Positions 1 through 9,880 of a stretch of DNA of 64,000 bases are shown here, in pieces. The translations under genes were made by a program, and so were the position numbers. The stretch covers positions 64,001-128,000 of the forward strand of contig CAXXKA010000008.1 in the NCBI GenBank assembly GCA_963668625.2, in the 5' to 3' direction. How positions within the stretch are numbered: the first letter of the stretch is position 1; each line of letters starts with the position of its first letter. Under the pieces are notes generated by a model. It saw nothing but the letters and a program-made list of their open reading frames with translations, had not been told where the DNA came from and searched no databases. Origin of the DNA: an uncultured candidate division Zixibacteria bacterium. GTDB taxonomy: Bacteria; Zixibacteria; MSB-5A5; UBA10806; 4484-95.

Positions 1-515
1 TTGCCGTGTATGAATGAAAAATGATCCTCGCCATCGGGAGAGCGTAATGCGCCGTGGGCCTGAAGAGAGTCGATGCCATCGTTGAAAAGCTTACGCAGAG
101 ACTCGGAGGTATCATCCTTATGGTGAAGGTGAACCTCTACATCGCCATACCCCTCGCCGCACAACGTGACTATACTATCAACCTCGAATCCCCTGAACGA
201 CTCGATCGGGTAATAGAAAGTATGTTGCGCCTTAACTCCGTCCGAATCGATATGCTTATCGGCTAAAGCCCGGTAATCTGTCATCCAACGATTAACGGAT
301 TCTACATTACCGCCGGGTTCCCAGTGATCAACCGCCACATAAATGATATCGATCACGCCGTCTATCGCCTCGGGATCGAAATCGGTAGTGTTAAACAGGT
401 AATCGTTTAACCAGATATCATAATGGTTCGAATGAACCTTATACCAGACTCCGGTCATACCGATTAGCATCACGATAATTACCCCCACAATTACAAGCTT
501 AAAGCGCTTACTCAT
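1..515 (-). CDS. Membrane-anchored hypothetical protein of polysaccharide clusters (His-rich, possibly deacetylase/metallo-hydrolase-like); partial, runs off the window
   Basis: Hand translation from ATG at 515 (AGAGGA RBS upstream): MSKRFKLVIVGVIIVMLIG...VAVDHWEPGG...HTFYYPIE...GYGDVEVHLHHKDD...FSFIHG; open to the window edge; absent from the ORF track because no stop is in the window. Confidence 0.8.
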   Translation of the reverse strand, partial: MSKRFKLVIVGVIIVMLIGMTGVWYKVHSNHYDIWLNDYLFNTTDFDPEAIDGVIDIIYVAVDHWEPGGNVESVNRWMTDYRALADKHIDSDGVKAQHTFYYPIESFRGFEVDSIVTLCGEGYGDVEVHLHHKDDTSESLRKLFNDGIDSLQAHGALRSPDGEDHFSFIHG

Positions 516-700
516 TTAATCCTCTATTTCAGTATTGTTCTTTCAAATAATATGCCCTCATAAGGCAAACTTTAATTTTCCTTAAGTTTAGAGTAATCTT
601 AAACTTGTAATTATTCCCAAAAGTTCGGACGATCCAATATGATGTTCAAAATGTAAATAATTGTTCAATATCAGGTCAATCGATTTCTCAAATCAGAATG

Positions 701-1837
701 TTAATTTATTGAATTATTCAAGCCCGTTACTCTCTCATAAAATTCGTGATGGCTTTCAATATATTTTGAAACATCGTAATTCGCCATCGCTTTCTCCCGC
801 CCCAAGTCACCCATCAAACTTATAAGCTCTTTACTTTCAATTAGTTTAGATAAATTGACAAATAAACCATCAGGGTCAGACAGGCTATAAATGTATCCCG
901 TTTTCTTATGTTCAACCGCCTCTTTGTTACCGCCGACATCCGAGGCGACAACCGGCAGTCCGGCGGCCATATACTCGATTATCGAGTTGGAAAATCCCTC
1001 GGCTTTGGAACAGAGCACGCCGATATCAAAAGCCGCCAGGCAAGGGATGACATCGCCATAACGCCCCACCAGCTTGAAACGCTGAGTTAGCCCGGCATCG
1101 TTGATTTTACCCTGAAGACTCTCGCGCCGCCCCCCCTCGCCTACAACCACGAAACGAACTTTGTCGTTTACCGCTTGCAATCGCGCCGCGGCGTCTATCA
1201 GCGATTCGATATTTTTCACCGCCCGAAGGTTGCCAACGAGCCCGACAAGAATATCATCCTCACCGACCTCCCATTCCCGCCTCATAGTAGAGCGCATCTC
1301 GGGAGTCATTTTTTTGAACTTATCGAGATACATACCGTTGTATATAACCTCGATTTGTTCCCGGGGCGCTCCCTCGAGTTCCATCGTTGTCCGGGCTATC
1401 CCCTCCGAATTAGCCAGGTACTTCGTGGTGTAACGCCTCAGGAAACGAAGAGCGTTCATTTGAAGCGCGCTGTGCCTGTCGCCGGCGTTCCTGCGGCTGG
1501 CTATAATACCTTTGATACCGGCGCTTTTTGCCGCCATCACACCTATGATATTGGCATCGATGAAAAACACCTGCACGATATCGAACCGCTCCTGTTTGTG
1601 CAGCTCTTTAAACTGACTTATGAACCTCGGCGTATCGAAACTCAGTATTTTATTGAAATCGATAATGCTATAACCGAAATCGAAACTTTGTTTACTCAGC
1701 CATTCCGAATCGTGAAGGCAAACCAGGTATGGTTCCACCCGGCTTCTATCGAGGTTGTTCAGGAGCATCAACAACTGCCCCTCGGTGCCGGCGTTGGGGC
1801 TGTATATCGTATCGATTATATAAGCGACCTTGATCAT
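701..1837 (-). CDS. Glycosyltransferase family 4 (GT-B)
   Basis: AGTEGQL N-terminal motif; K-x-I-E-S-L and EGFSNSIIEYMAAGLPVVASDVGG (EX7E) motifs. Confidence 0.92.
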   Translation of the reverse strand: MIKVAYIIDTIYSPNAGTEGQLLMLLNNLDRSRVEPYLVCLHDSEWLSKQSFDFGYSIIDFNKILSFDTPRFISQFKELHKQERFDIVQVFFIDANIIGVMAAKSAGIKGIIASRRNAGDRHSALQMNALRFLRRYTTKYLANSEGIARTTMELEGAPREQIEVIYNGMYLDKFKKMTPEMRSTMRREWEVGEDDILVGLVGNLRAVKNIESLIDAAARLQAVNDKVRFVVVGEGGRRESLQGKINDAGLTQRFKLVGRYGDVIPCLAAFDIGVLCSKAEGFSNSIIEYMAAGLPVVASDVGGNKEAVEHKKTGYIYSLSDPDGLFVNLSKLIESKELISLMGDLGREKAMANYDVSKYIESHHEFYERVTGLNNSIN

Positions 1838-2949
1838 TTGAGCACGCTCCGGTAAACCTCGTAAAGTTTCTCGGCCTGCGTATCGAATGAGAATCTGCCT
1901 TTGACAGTAGCGTAGCCATTGACTTTGAATTTCTCCTGAAACTCGGTATCACTCGAAAGCGTTAGTATCTTTTCAGCCATGCCCGCGCAATCTTCCGATT
2001 TAACCAGGAAACCACTCTGCCCGTCATCGATAAGCTCCGGCACGCCACCAACAGCGGTAGCCACGACCGGTACTTTAAACGCCATCGCCTCTAAAACTAT
2101 ATTAGGCAATCCCTCCGATAACGAGGGGTTGACCAGCATATCGGCATCCATCATATAGCCCAACAAGTTCTTCTCGAAACCGGGGCAGATCACTTTATCC
2201 TCGATGCCGTAACTTATAATTTTCTCACGAATCATATCCAGATCGGGGCCATAGCCGAACATCACGAAACGAAGCTTTGGATTACGCTTAAGCGCGATAT
2301 TCGCCGCCTCGACCAGATATATTTGGCCTTTTTCCTTACTGAAACGCCCGCCTAGAATGCAGATATAGTCATCATCGGCAAACCCGAAACGCTCTCTAAG
2401 GCTGGCTTTTTCCACCCAATCGAAACTCTCGGGATCGATCGAGTTATAAGCCACCTCGATCTTGCGCCCCGGTACCCAGGCCGCGGTAAGTTTTCGTTTC
2501 TGCTCTATTGATACCGCTACGATCTTTTTGGCGAACCTTATAACGGCCTTATCGACATAATGATATATCTTGATTTTCAAATTTTCGGCAGTCCAGCCTC
2601 GTGAAAACGCAATCCACTTCGTATCGGTTCCGATAGTCGAAAGCCAGCCTATCACCTGCGTGCGGTAGTCATGCGTGCAAAGTATATCGATCTCGTTACG
2701 CTTGAGATACATCTTAACCACGTTAAAAGCATTGGGATCATAAGCGCTTTTGACATCGAAAGTATGAATCGGAATATTATCTCTGGCTATTACCTGAAGG
2801 AACTCCGGAGTCTCGCCGTTTTCCATAAACGAGGAGGCGGCAATATCAAATTCCGATTCCTTCGATTTCCGGGCGTGGAAATGTAACTGACGTTCGGGAC
2901 CGCCATAAAAATTGGAGGCGCGTAAATGAAGAACTTTGTATTTACTCAT
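1834..2949 (-). CDS. Glycosyltransferase family 4
   Basis: GGPERQ, GRFSKEKG and EGLPNIVLEAMAFKVPVVATAVGG motifs; 4-bp overlap with next gene. Confidence 0.92.
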   Translation of the reverse strand: MSKYKVLHLRASNFYGGPERQLHFHARKSKESEFDIAASSFMENGETPEFLQVIARDNIPIHTFDVKSAYDPNAFNVVKMYLKRNEIDILCTHDYRTQVIGWLSTIGTDTKWIAFSRGWTAENLKIKIYHYVDKAVIRFAKKIVAVSIEQKRKLTAAWVPGRKIEVAYNSIDPESFDWVEKASLRERFGFADDDYICILGGRFSKEKGQIYLVEAANIALKRNPKLRFVMFGYGPDLDMIREKIISYGIEDKVICPGFEKNLLGYMMDADMLVNPSLSEGLPNIVLEAMAFKVPVVATAVGGVPELIDDGQSGFLVKSEDCAGMAEKILTLSSDTEFQEKFKVNGYATVKGRFSFDTQAEKLYEVYRSVLK

Positions 2950-4126
2950 CTACCTTTCTTTCGGTGCGTTTCCATCCGAGCTTACCCGAACTCATCAGAG
3001 CTTTAACCTGAACCGCCAGGAACCAGACAGCGTATTTGGGAATTTGAACCATCGCCCGGCAAGCCTGATATTTTTCTTTGATGAATACGATTCCCGAAAG
3101 CATATATATCGAAAGCAAGCCGATCAGTATCAACCCCCAGTATACCAGGGGCCAGCGCAACGTTTGCTGCGAGCAAAGAGCGAATATCGACCCCAGCACT
3201 ACGATATAAACCAGCATCGGGCGGCTCAATATTAAAAATGATAATCCCAGCTCGATCAAATCTGAACGGGCGTTGGTAAATCCATCCTTTAGCAGCTTGA
3301 GGAAATAATTTTTTATCAACTCGAACGTGCCCGCCGCCCAGCGCATTTTCTGGCTTTGCGATTGCTCGTATGAGGATGTCGCGGCGGCGTAAACCTCGCT
3401 ATTGGTATTGAAATCTATTGCGTAACCCTCGCGGATCAGGTTAACCGCGAACTCGACATCTTCGGTTATCGAATGGGAATTCCAGGGATGATTTTTCAAT
3501 ACCTTGCTTTTTATCGCCATGCCCGTTCCCCTCAGAAGAATCGGCAATCCGAGTATGGCGCGGGGTTTATAGAAAAGCTTGTTTTCGACTATATTGGCTA
3601 TTTTCTGAAGGTACGACAGGGCGGTTTTTTGCTCTATCGAGAAACCGTAATACAACTGAACCGCCCCAGCGCCGGAATCGAACGACTGAGACATCACTTC
3701 GAGCATGTTCTCCTGTACTATAGTATCGGCATCCACGACAACCACCGCGTCGAAATCATCCAGGTTGTAGAGTTTGATCGCCCATTCCAGGGCGTATCCC
3801 TTGCCGCGATTATCCGCATCTATTCGTTCATGCACGGTTATACCATAACCGTCGGCGATTTCGGCGGTACTGTCGGTGCAATTATCGGCAATCACTGCGA
3901 TCTCGAGTTTGCCCGAGGGCCTGAGCTTTTTCAGATGCTCGAGAGTTTTGCCAATAACTTTTCCCTCATCATGAGCCGGAATCAAAACGAGGTAATCATA
4001 CCGGTTGTTCGTTTTAGGATATATTTTCCTGCCTATAATCCCGACTAATGCCAGGAGATATAAATATAAAACGGCAATCGAGACCGCCGTCAATATCGCA
4101 ATCGACAGGATTCCGAAAATTGGCAT
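2942..4126 (-). CDS. Glycosyltransferase family 2 (CESA-like, membrane)
   Basis: IPAHDE, ADNCTD, GKGYAL, DADT, TED and QKMRW (QxxRW) motifs; terminal TM helices. Confidence 0.92.
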   Translation of the reverse strand: MPIFGILSIAILTAVSIAVLYLYLLALVGIIGRKIYPKTNNRYDYLVLIPAHDEGKVIGKTLEHLKKLRPSGKLEIAVIADNCTDSTAEIADGYGITVHERIDADNRGKGYALEWAIKLYNLDDFDAVVVVDADTIVQENMLEVMSQSFDSGAGAVQLYYGFSIEQKTALSYLQKIANIVENKLFYKPRAILGLPILLRGTGMAIKSKVLKNHPWNSHSITEDVEFAVNLIREGYAIDFNTNSEVYAAATSSYEQSQSQKMRWAAGTFELIKNYFLKLLKDGFTNARSDLIELGLSFLILSRPMLVYIVVLGSIFALCSQQTLRWPLVYWGLILIGLLSIYMLSGIVFIKEKYQACRAMVQIPKYAVWFLAVQVKALMSSGKLGWKRTERKVDE

Positions 4127-4164
4127 TATAGTTTTTCCCTGATATTCTACCCGCGCTCAGACTA

Positions 4165-5517
4165 TTATACTATTTTGGCGGTAGAAGGTAAATTGCAGAT
4201 TGAGAATCTGTATTTACCTCGTTCTGTTTGTTCTATCCTCTCAACGTATTCTATATTATAGCGCATATTTTCGCCAAAGAAAGCAGGAATTTTAGATTTC
4301 AGCAAAGCCAGTGACTCATCGTTGAAATCATCCGCCCGGACAACTTTAAAATTCAGCAGGTCAATCTCGTTCTGGATAATCTGCACCTGCTTGATTCCCG
4401 GTATGTGAATCGTGAACGTATCGAGTACCGAAATCCCCGAAATAGTCCGGCCATCGGGGGTATATAATAAATCGGCTGTTCTGCCGTAAATCTTACCCAG
4501 ACGGGGCAGTCCCCGACCACAGGCGCATTTTCCGTCCAGGGTCGTGGCCATATCGCCTATCTCATAACGGATAAACGGCATACCGCGGTTAACCAGGTCT
4601 GTAATCACCAGGCGGCCCGGAATATCGGCGTTACCATCTGTAACCTCCACGTACAAGCCCTCGGCATGAATATGCAATCCCTCATGAGCCTCGCATTCCG
4701 AGGCGATAATACTCATTTCCTCGCAACCGTAGCGGTTGAAAAGCACTTTGCCGAAAACCTCCTCGATTTTCGCTCGCTCGTGATCGTACAAAATCTCAGC
4801 GGTGGAGATAATCCCTTTTATTCCAAGATTCCTGATATCATGCTCCTCCACAAAGCAAGCGAACGTATAGATCGAATGCGCATGCCCCATCAGGGCGGTG
4901 GGATTGTATCGGCGCATCCTCTCCACGAATCCCAGGTTGTATTCGGTGTTCATCTTCAGGGTATCCAGATAAATCGCCCTGGTGTTGAACGTATTATAGA
5001 TCTGCTCCTTCAACGGGATCGGCTTATCGGTATCTCCCCAGATAGCTGCCAGTTTATCGCCGCGGTCGTAGTTGGCCCATCGGTTGTGACGGATCGTGGC
5101 AGCGGTTTTATGATTACCCGCGTCAAGATCAACATACAGTTTCAAAGGCACACTGGTAGAGCCGCCGGTGCGTTTGTATTGCATATCCTCGATCTTGAAT
5201 TTATCAGATATTATTGCTTTTTGATTAGCCCTGATATCATCTTTGGTTAAAATCGGAATTCGGTTCAAATCGGCAACCGACTTGAAATCTCCGGGTAAAA
5301 AACCGCATTCATTAAAACGATTGCGGTAAAATGATGTATGCTCGTAGGCATAAGCGAGAATGCTTTTCAATCTTTCGAACTGCAGTTCCCTGATTTGCTC
5401 TGGCGAGTAAAATTGGCTTTTTTCAAGCTCATCCAGGTAGGGCTTAATGACTTTGCCCTCGCGCTTATCGAAAAACGGAATCGTAAAATTTCTGACCAGT
5501 GGTTTTAATATATCCAT
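4165..5517 (-). CDS. Phenylacetate-CoA ligase family / CapK-like adenylate-forming enzyme
   Basis: RTGGSTSVP P-loop, NRYGCEE, PFIRYEIGD, GRTAD and terminal GKYRF motifs; polysaccharide cluster context. Confidence 0.88.
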   Translation of the reverse strand: MDILKPLVRNFTIPFFDKREGKVIKPYLDELEKSQFYSPEQIRELQFERLKSILAYAYEHTSFYRNRFNECGFLPGDFKSVADLNRIPILTKDDIRANQKAIISDKFKIEDMQYKRTGGSTSVPLKLYVDLDAGNHKTAATIRHNRWANYDRGDKLAAIWGDTDKPIPLKEQIYNTFNTRAIYLDTLKMNTEYNLGFVERMRRYNPTALMGHAHSIYTFACFVEEHDIRNLGIKGIISTAEILYDHERAKIEEVFGKVLFNRYGCEEMSIIASECEAHEGLHIHAEGLYVEVTDGNADIPGRLVITDLVNRGMPFIRYEIGDMATTLDGKCACGRGLPRLGKIYGRTADLLYTPDGRTISGISVLDTFTIHIPGIKQVQIIQNEIDLLNFKVVRADDFNDESLALLKSKIPAFFGENMRYNIEYVERIEQTERGKYRFSICNLPSTAKIV

Positions 5518-5526
5518 ATTATTACT

Positions 5527-6972
5527 TCATTCGGTTATTTCTGGAATAACTTGTTGAGGTGTATTACTTTTTTCCAAATTTTCTTCGATCCTTTTTGGGC
5601 TATAGCCGGATATCTGCTTATTCATCATCATCACGATTATAGCTGATATTATATACCAGTTGTACCTGAATAAATTATGTCCACCCAGCCCCATAAAGAA
5701 AAGCAGTATTATATGAGTATGCATTGCCAGCGTCATATTGTAAAAAAACTTATTTCCGGTCTTTTTAAAATATCGTTTGAACCTCCTCAAATGCCTGAAC
5801 ATGATTATAACCCAGGCAAAGAACGTAATGATCCCGGCCAATCCCATTTCGCTTATTAACTGCGCGGGTAAACTGTGCGCTTGAAGCCATAACGTGCCGT
5901 AAATCGTCCCCATTGCCGTAGAAAAATTGCCCATACCAAAACCGAATAGCGGCCTGTCTAAAAACATCTGAAAAGCATAGTGCAAAAACACCAGACGGCT
6001 CCGGGCTGAGGTCGCCGCGCCCGAATCATCCGAACTATCCTCCACTACCTCCTCGATACTTATGAACCTCTGCTGGTATTGTTCGGGCATAACCGCCACC
6101 GCCAATACCAGGAAAAGAGCTATAAGTATGAAATTCCTGATTTTGTTTTTGCGCTCCCATATTAACATGAAACCGAATACGAGCACGGCCGCCATACCGG
6201 TTCGCGAACCGGTCAGCATGATACACCAGAGAAATACCAGCGAGGTCATCCCTAAAAATATCTTCGTTATGCGGGAGGTTTTATCGGAGATATAATAGAA
6301 CAATAACGGCAGCGTATACACTACCGTAGCAGCCAGCGAGTTGGGATCGCCGAGAGAGGTATCCATAGCAAAAGCCCGTTCGATTCCCATTTCCACCTCG
6401 CGTATACCCTGGTAATAACGGATAACCGCCGAGGAAGCATGAAACAGCGTCCCGAGAATGGTGAACATGATAAACACCTTGAACTGCTTCTCGGTATCAA
6501 TCAGGTGGACTATGCAGAAAAATACGATTACCAGCCTGATTAACTTGACCCATATCTCCCATGAATGCGATAGCCAATACGAGGTTGCCACGTTAACCAG
6601 GGCAAGCGCCACGAAAGCGAATATGGCGATATGAATATTGGTAATCTTGAACCTGAAATTATTGACCATCTTGAGCTTCAGGACAGTCAGTACCAGCATG
6701 GCCAGGCCAATAGTTTTCTCTATACCCACCGCGCCGGTGAACCATATCTCCTGGGGACGGATATAAAAAATAATCAGATACATGAGCAGGCCGATAAACG
6801 GTTGCTTCATCACCAATAACAAACCGACTATACCGATAATCATTACGAACGGCAATATCTCTAGTTTAGTAACCAGAAACAGTGGCAGGATCAAGGAGAT
6901 AGCGATAACCGCCAGTTGAAGGAGTAACTCCTTGGAAATATATACCCTGGGTTGTTGTTCGTTAAATGCCAT
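5527..6972 (-). CDS. O-antigen ligase / Wzy polymerase family membrane protein
   Basis: Multi-TM; DPNSLA, TGSRTG, RPLFGFG.GNF and AHS motifs. Confidence 0.85.
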   Translation of the reverse strand: MAFNEQQPRVYISKELLLQLAVIAISLILPLFLVTKLEILPFVMIIGIVGLLLVMKQPFIGLLMYLIIFYIRPQEIWFTGAVGIEKTIGLAMLVLTVLKLKMVNNFRFKITNIHIAIFAFVALALVNVATSYWLSHSWEIWVKLIRLVIVFFCIVHLIDTEKQFKVFIMFTILGTLFHASSAVIRYYQGIREVEMGIERAFAMDTSLGDPNSLAATVVYTLPLLFYYISDKTSRITKIFLGMTSLVFLWCIMLTGSRTGMAAVLVFGFMLIWERKNKIRNFILIALFLVLAVAVMPEQYQQRFISIEEVVEDSSDDSGAATSARSRLVFLHYAFQMFLDRPLFGFGMGNFSTAMGTIYGTLWLQAHSLPAQLISEMGLAGIITFFAWVIIMFRHLRRFKRYFKKTGNKFFYNMTLAMHTHIILLFFMGLGGHNLFRYNWYIISAIIVMMMNKQISGYSPKRIEENLEKSNTPQQVIPEITE

Positions 6973-7008
6973 AGTAGAATTTAAGGGTTTAAACCATAAA
7001 AAACAATA

Positions 7009-8538
7009 TTACTTTCTAAATCTCGAGAGCATATCCACTCTCTCCTCCACCGTGAGTACCCGAAACCAGAACCCCACCACGGCTAACACCCCAAAAACGA
7101 CCACATCGACTATAAGCCCCGGCCATCCGGCTAATACGTTGAATTTCTGCAAAGCAAAACTAATCGGCACGACGAATATCGAAGCAGTAATCGCCATTAC
7201 TAGATTGGTCATATAGTATGCTTTTAAACTTATCCCGATAATCTTACTGAATAAGTATGGATATACGAACAGGTAGATTAAAAACTGGGGGACAGCCGTA
7301 CCGATAGCCACACCATAAATTCCCATTGTTTGTATCAATATCAAGCTCAAACCGATTTTAACCACCGATTCAACGATCAATATATATAGAAGCGTTTTAT
7401 GCTTACTGATACCCAGTAATACCGAGTTGGCGGCTACCTGTGGAAGGTAGATCGCGGCCGGGATGATAAGTATGTATAACACGTTAATCGTGCTCTGAAA
7501 TCCCTCGCCCATCCAGAGATTGATGAATTTGCCACCGAAAAACAATATACCGGCGGCGATACAGGAGGTCAGGTAATACAGATAGCGCGAAAGCTTGGTG
7601 TACAATCGGGCAATCTCTTTGTGATCACTGGAGGCGTCAAAATGGCTGATAGCCGGCACGAGCGGTATTCCGATAGCGTTAATCAGCGTGCGCAGGTAGT
7701 TTATCATCATACCGGCAATGCTGAAATAGGTGATATCGGTGGTGGTTAAATACATGCCGATAATAACGTTATCCGAGTTGAATATAACCATCCAGGCTAT
7801 TACGATAAAGAAACTCACTATACCGTAGTTGAACATCTCCTTGATAGTGGCTTTATCGACATGTTTGATTTTGTATTCTATCTGTGGTACCAGACGTTTC
7901 TGGTAAATCGCCCGGACGAGAAACTTGGTGGTGGCCGTACTAACGGTGATAATCGCCAGCGCGATAAGTTCATATCCCTGGCTGATGAAATAGAATATCA
8001 AGACGGCATTTAACACCGTAAAAATAATATCGATAATATTACCGATATCATATCGATGAAACGGTCCCAGGGCTGAGGCTGTAATAAAATAGAATCTGAA
8101 TGCCTCGTTCAAACCCACTAAAAGCAGCGTGAATTTCATTGCCCGCATATATTCTGGAGCAACATTGAATAAACCGGCGAAAAACATGACTATGATCAGC
8201 GTACCGAGCATAACCAGCGTACCGGTGAATGTGTATATCCCCTGACTGGAGCTTAAAACCTGGTTTAATTTCAGATAATTTTTAGTAGCATAATATTTGG
8301 GGATATAACGCGCCAGGCTCTGGCGCATACCGGCATCGAGAAAATGACTGTAAGCCATAATCGACAGGACCAGCGCCCAGATACCGTATTGCTCTTTGCC
8401 TAGATTGTGAACTAAAAAAGGGCTCATGAAAAAAGCTATCAAAATCGAGATAGCCATTGACGCCCAATTGGAGAATATATTTTTTGCCAGACGGCTTATC
8501 GGATTAGCCGCTTTCGCCTCGTTAGATTCCATACTCAA
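7009..8538 (-). CDS. wzx: Wzx-type oligosaccharide flippase
   Basis: About 12-14 TM; LGKEQYGIW and SDNVIIG motifs typical of polysaccharide exporters. Confidence 0.85.
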   Translation of the reverse strand: MSMESNEAKAANPISRLAKNIFSNWASMAISILIAFFMSPFLVHNLGKEQYGIWALVLSIMAYSHFLDAGMRQSLARYIPKYYATKNYLKLNQVLSSSQGIYTFTGTLVMLGTLIIVMFFAGLFNVAPEYMRAMKFTLLLVGLNEAFRFYFITASALGPFHRYDIGNIIDIIFTVLNAVLIFYFISQGYELIALAIITVSTATTKFLVRAIYQKRLVPQIEYKIKHVDKATIKEMFNYGIVSFFIVIAWMVIFNSDNVIIGMYLTTTDITYFSIAGMMINYLRTLINAIGIPLVPAISHFDASSDHKEIARLYTKLSRYLYYLTSCIAAGILFFGGKFINLWMGEGFQSTINVLYILIIPAAIYLPQVAANSVLLGISKHKTLLYILIVESVVKIGLSLILIQTMGIYGVAIGTAVPQFLIYLFVYPYLFSKIIGISLKAYYMTNLVMAITASIFVVPISFALQKFNVLAGWPGLIVDVVVFGVLAVVGFWFRVLTVEERVDMLSRFRK

Positions 8539-8563
8539 ATCGTTTTTTGTACCCCATTCGTTA

Positions 8564-8711
8564 GGGCTTGTTGAAAAAGTCCTTGTTGGATGACGGTGGT
8601 GTCAGGAATCCTATCCTGATACCTGATTTCATGCGGCATGTCGCCGGGAAAGGATAAACAACGAACTTCGTCCGCCCAGCGACTCATGCAAATGGCTTTT
8701 TCAACAACCCC
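8564..8711. mobile_element. MITE family A, copy 1 (18-bp imperfect TIRs, internal REP-like hairpins)
   Basis: Left end GGGCTTGTTGAAAAAGTC vs reverse complement of right end GGGGTTGTTGAAAAAGCC (16/18); core TGTCGCCGGGAAAGGATAA..AACTTCGTCCGCCCAGCGA shared with 25684-25821. Confidence 0.75.
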
Positions 8712-8808
8712 ATTATCCTATGGTTTAACTCCCCGGTCACCCGATATGTTTAACTATTCGGTTGAATACCAGGAACTTTCATAACTATTTTTTATATTTA
8801 CGCGTTTA

Positions 8809-9864
8809 TTAATCGAAATTTCCAAAAATATGCCGGGCAAAAAACGCCTCTATTTCAAACGCCTCTCTGCCATAAATAATGAATCGTGGTAATTCGAATA
8901 ACGCTCCGCCCTCTATCGGGTACTTACATATTCCCGGTTTCGTAGTAAAACCAACCGTATAACCGCACTGAGGCGCGATTTCGACCACCGCCCGGCTATA
9001 AGAACCGGCAGGATAGCATATTGAAAGTACCTCGATGCCAAGCTGCTTCTCCAGCTCGAGTTTCGACTCGGTCAATTCGAGCCTGATCTCCTCCGGCTCG
9101 AGTTCGCCCAGTTTGCGATGGTATGCCGTGTGCGAGTCGAACTTTACTCCCTGTTTGGAGAGCTTTCTATGATCATCCCAACTCAGGCATTCGATCCCCA
9201 GGGTGTACCGTTTACCGGTGATCTCCTCCATCCGATCGAGTATTTTATCTATTTGGGTCTGCTCCAGATGATTAAGGCTGTTCACCAGAAGTTGACAGGT
9301 TGCGGTTTTCGCTTCAGTCGAGCTGATATCGGCATCCCGTATTATCGAACCGATCGATTCGGGCAAACCGGTGCTATCCAACTTGATCTTATCCCATAAC
9401 TCCTCGTTGATATTCTCGATCGCGTTGGATACCCTCAGATGCCAGAAACGGCGGTCGGTATCGACGAAATCAGTCGGGGTATACACTACCGAGGGGTAAT
9501 TGTATCGTTTCAGGGCAGGTAATGCTTGCGTTAAAAATTCCGAATCGGCGTCATCGAAAGTTAAAAGCGCGGTGTGAGTACGCGGTTTTCGTTTACCGAC
9601 TACTATATCTATGAATGTTTCGAGATTGACTACCTCGAAAAAGCGAGATATGGCTTCGATCTGATTGGCGAATTCGATTTTATCCTGTCCCCGGTCGTAA
9701 TTGAGGTAATAGTGACGATCTTTTTCGGCGTCGGTAATCCGGTGAAAAGTAAACACTACAAGTTTACGCTTGCCCGGGAATTTATCCATACCCCACGATA
9801 GTATCCGCCAACAACCCAATACGTGAAATATTCGTAAAACGATTCGCTTGATTGATCCGATCAT
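8809..9864 (-). CDS. Polysaccharide deacetylase (CE4/NodB family)
   Basis: TFHRI, LTFDDA, SHTAYH and CYPAG motifs. Confidence 0.9.
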   Translation of the reverse strand: MIGSIKRIVLRIFHVLGCWRILSWGMDKFPGKRKLVVFTFHRITDAEKDRHYYLNYDRGQDKIEFANQIEAISRFFEVVNLETFIDIVVGKRKPRTHTALLTFDDADSEFLTQALPALKRYNYPSVVYTPTDFVDTDRRFWHLRVSNAIENINEELWDKIKLDSTGLPESIGSIIRDADISSTEAKTATCQLLVNSLNHLEQTQIDKILDRMEEITGKRYTLGIECLSWDDHRKLSKQGVKFDSHTAYHRKLGELEPEEIRLELTESKLELEKQLGIEVLSICYPAGSYSRAVVEIAPQCGYTVGFTTKPGICKYPIEGGALFELPRFIIYGREAFEIEAFFARHIFGNFD

Positions 9865-9880
9865 TCAGCTATTACTCCTG

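Noticed and set aside
54-6819. Plus-strand ORFs antisense to the cluster genes (e.g. 54-266, 1175-1855, 3473-4048, 4666-5250)
   Set aside because: Shadow ORFs of well-supported minus-strand genes; no motifs or RBS
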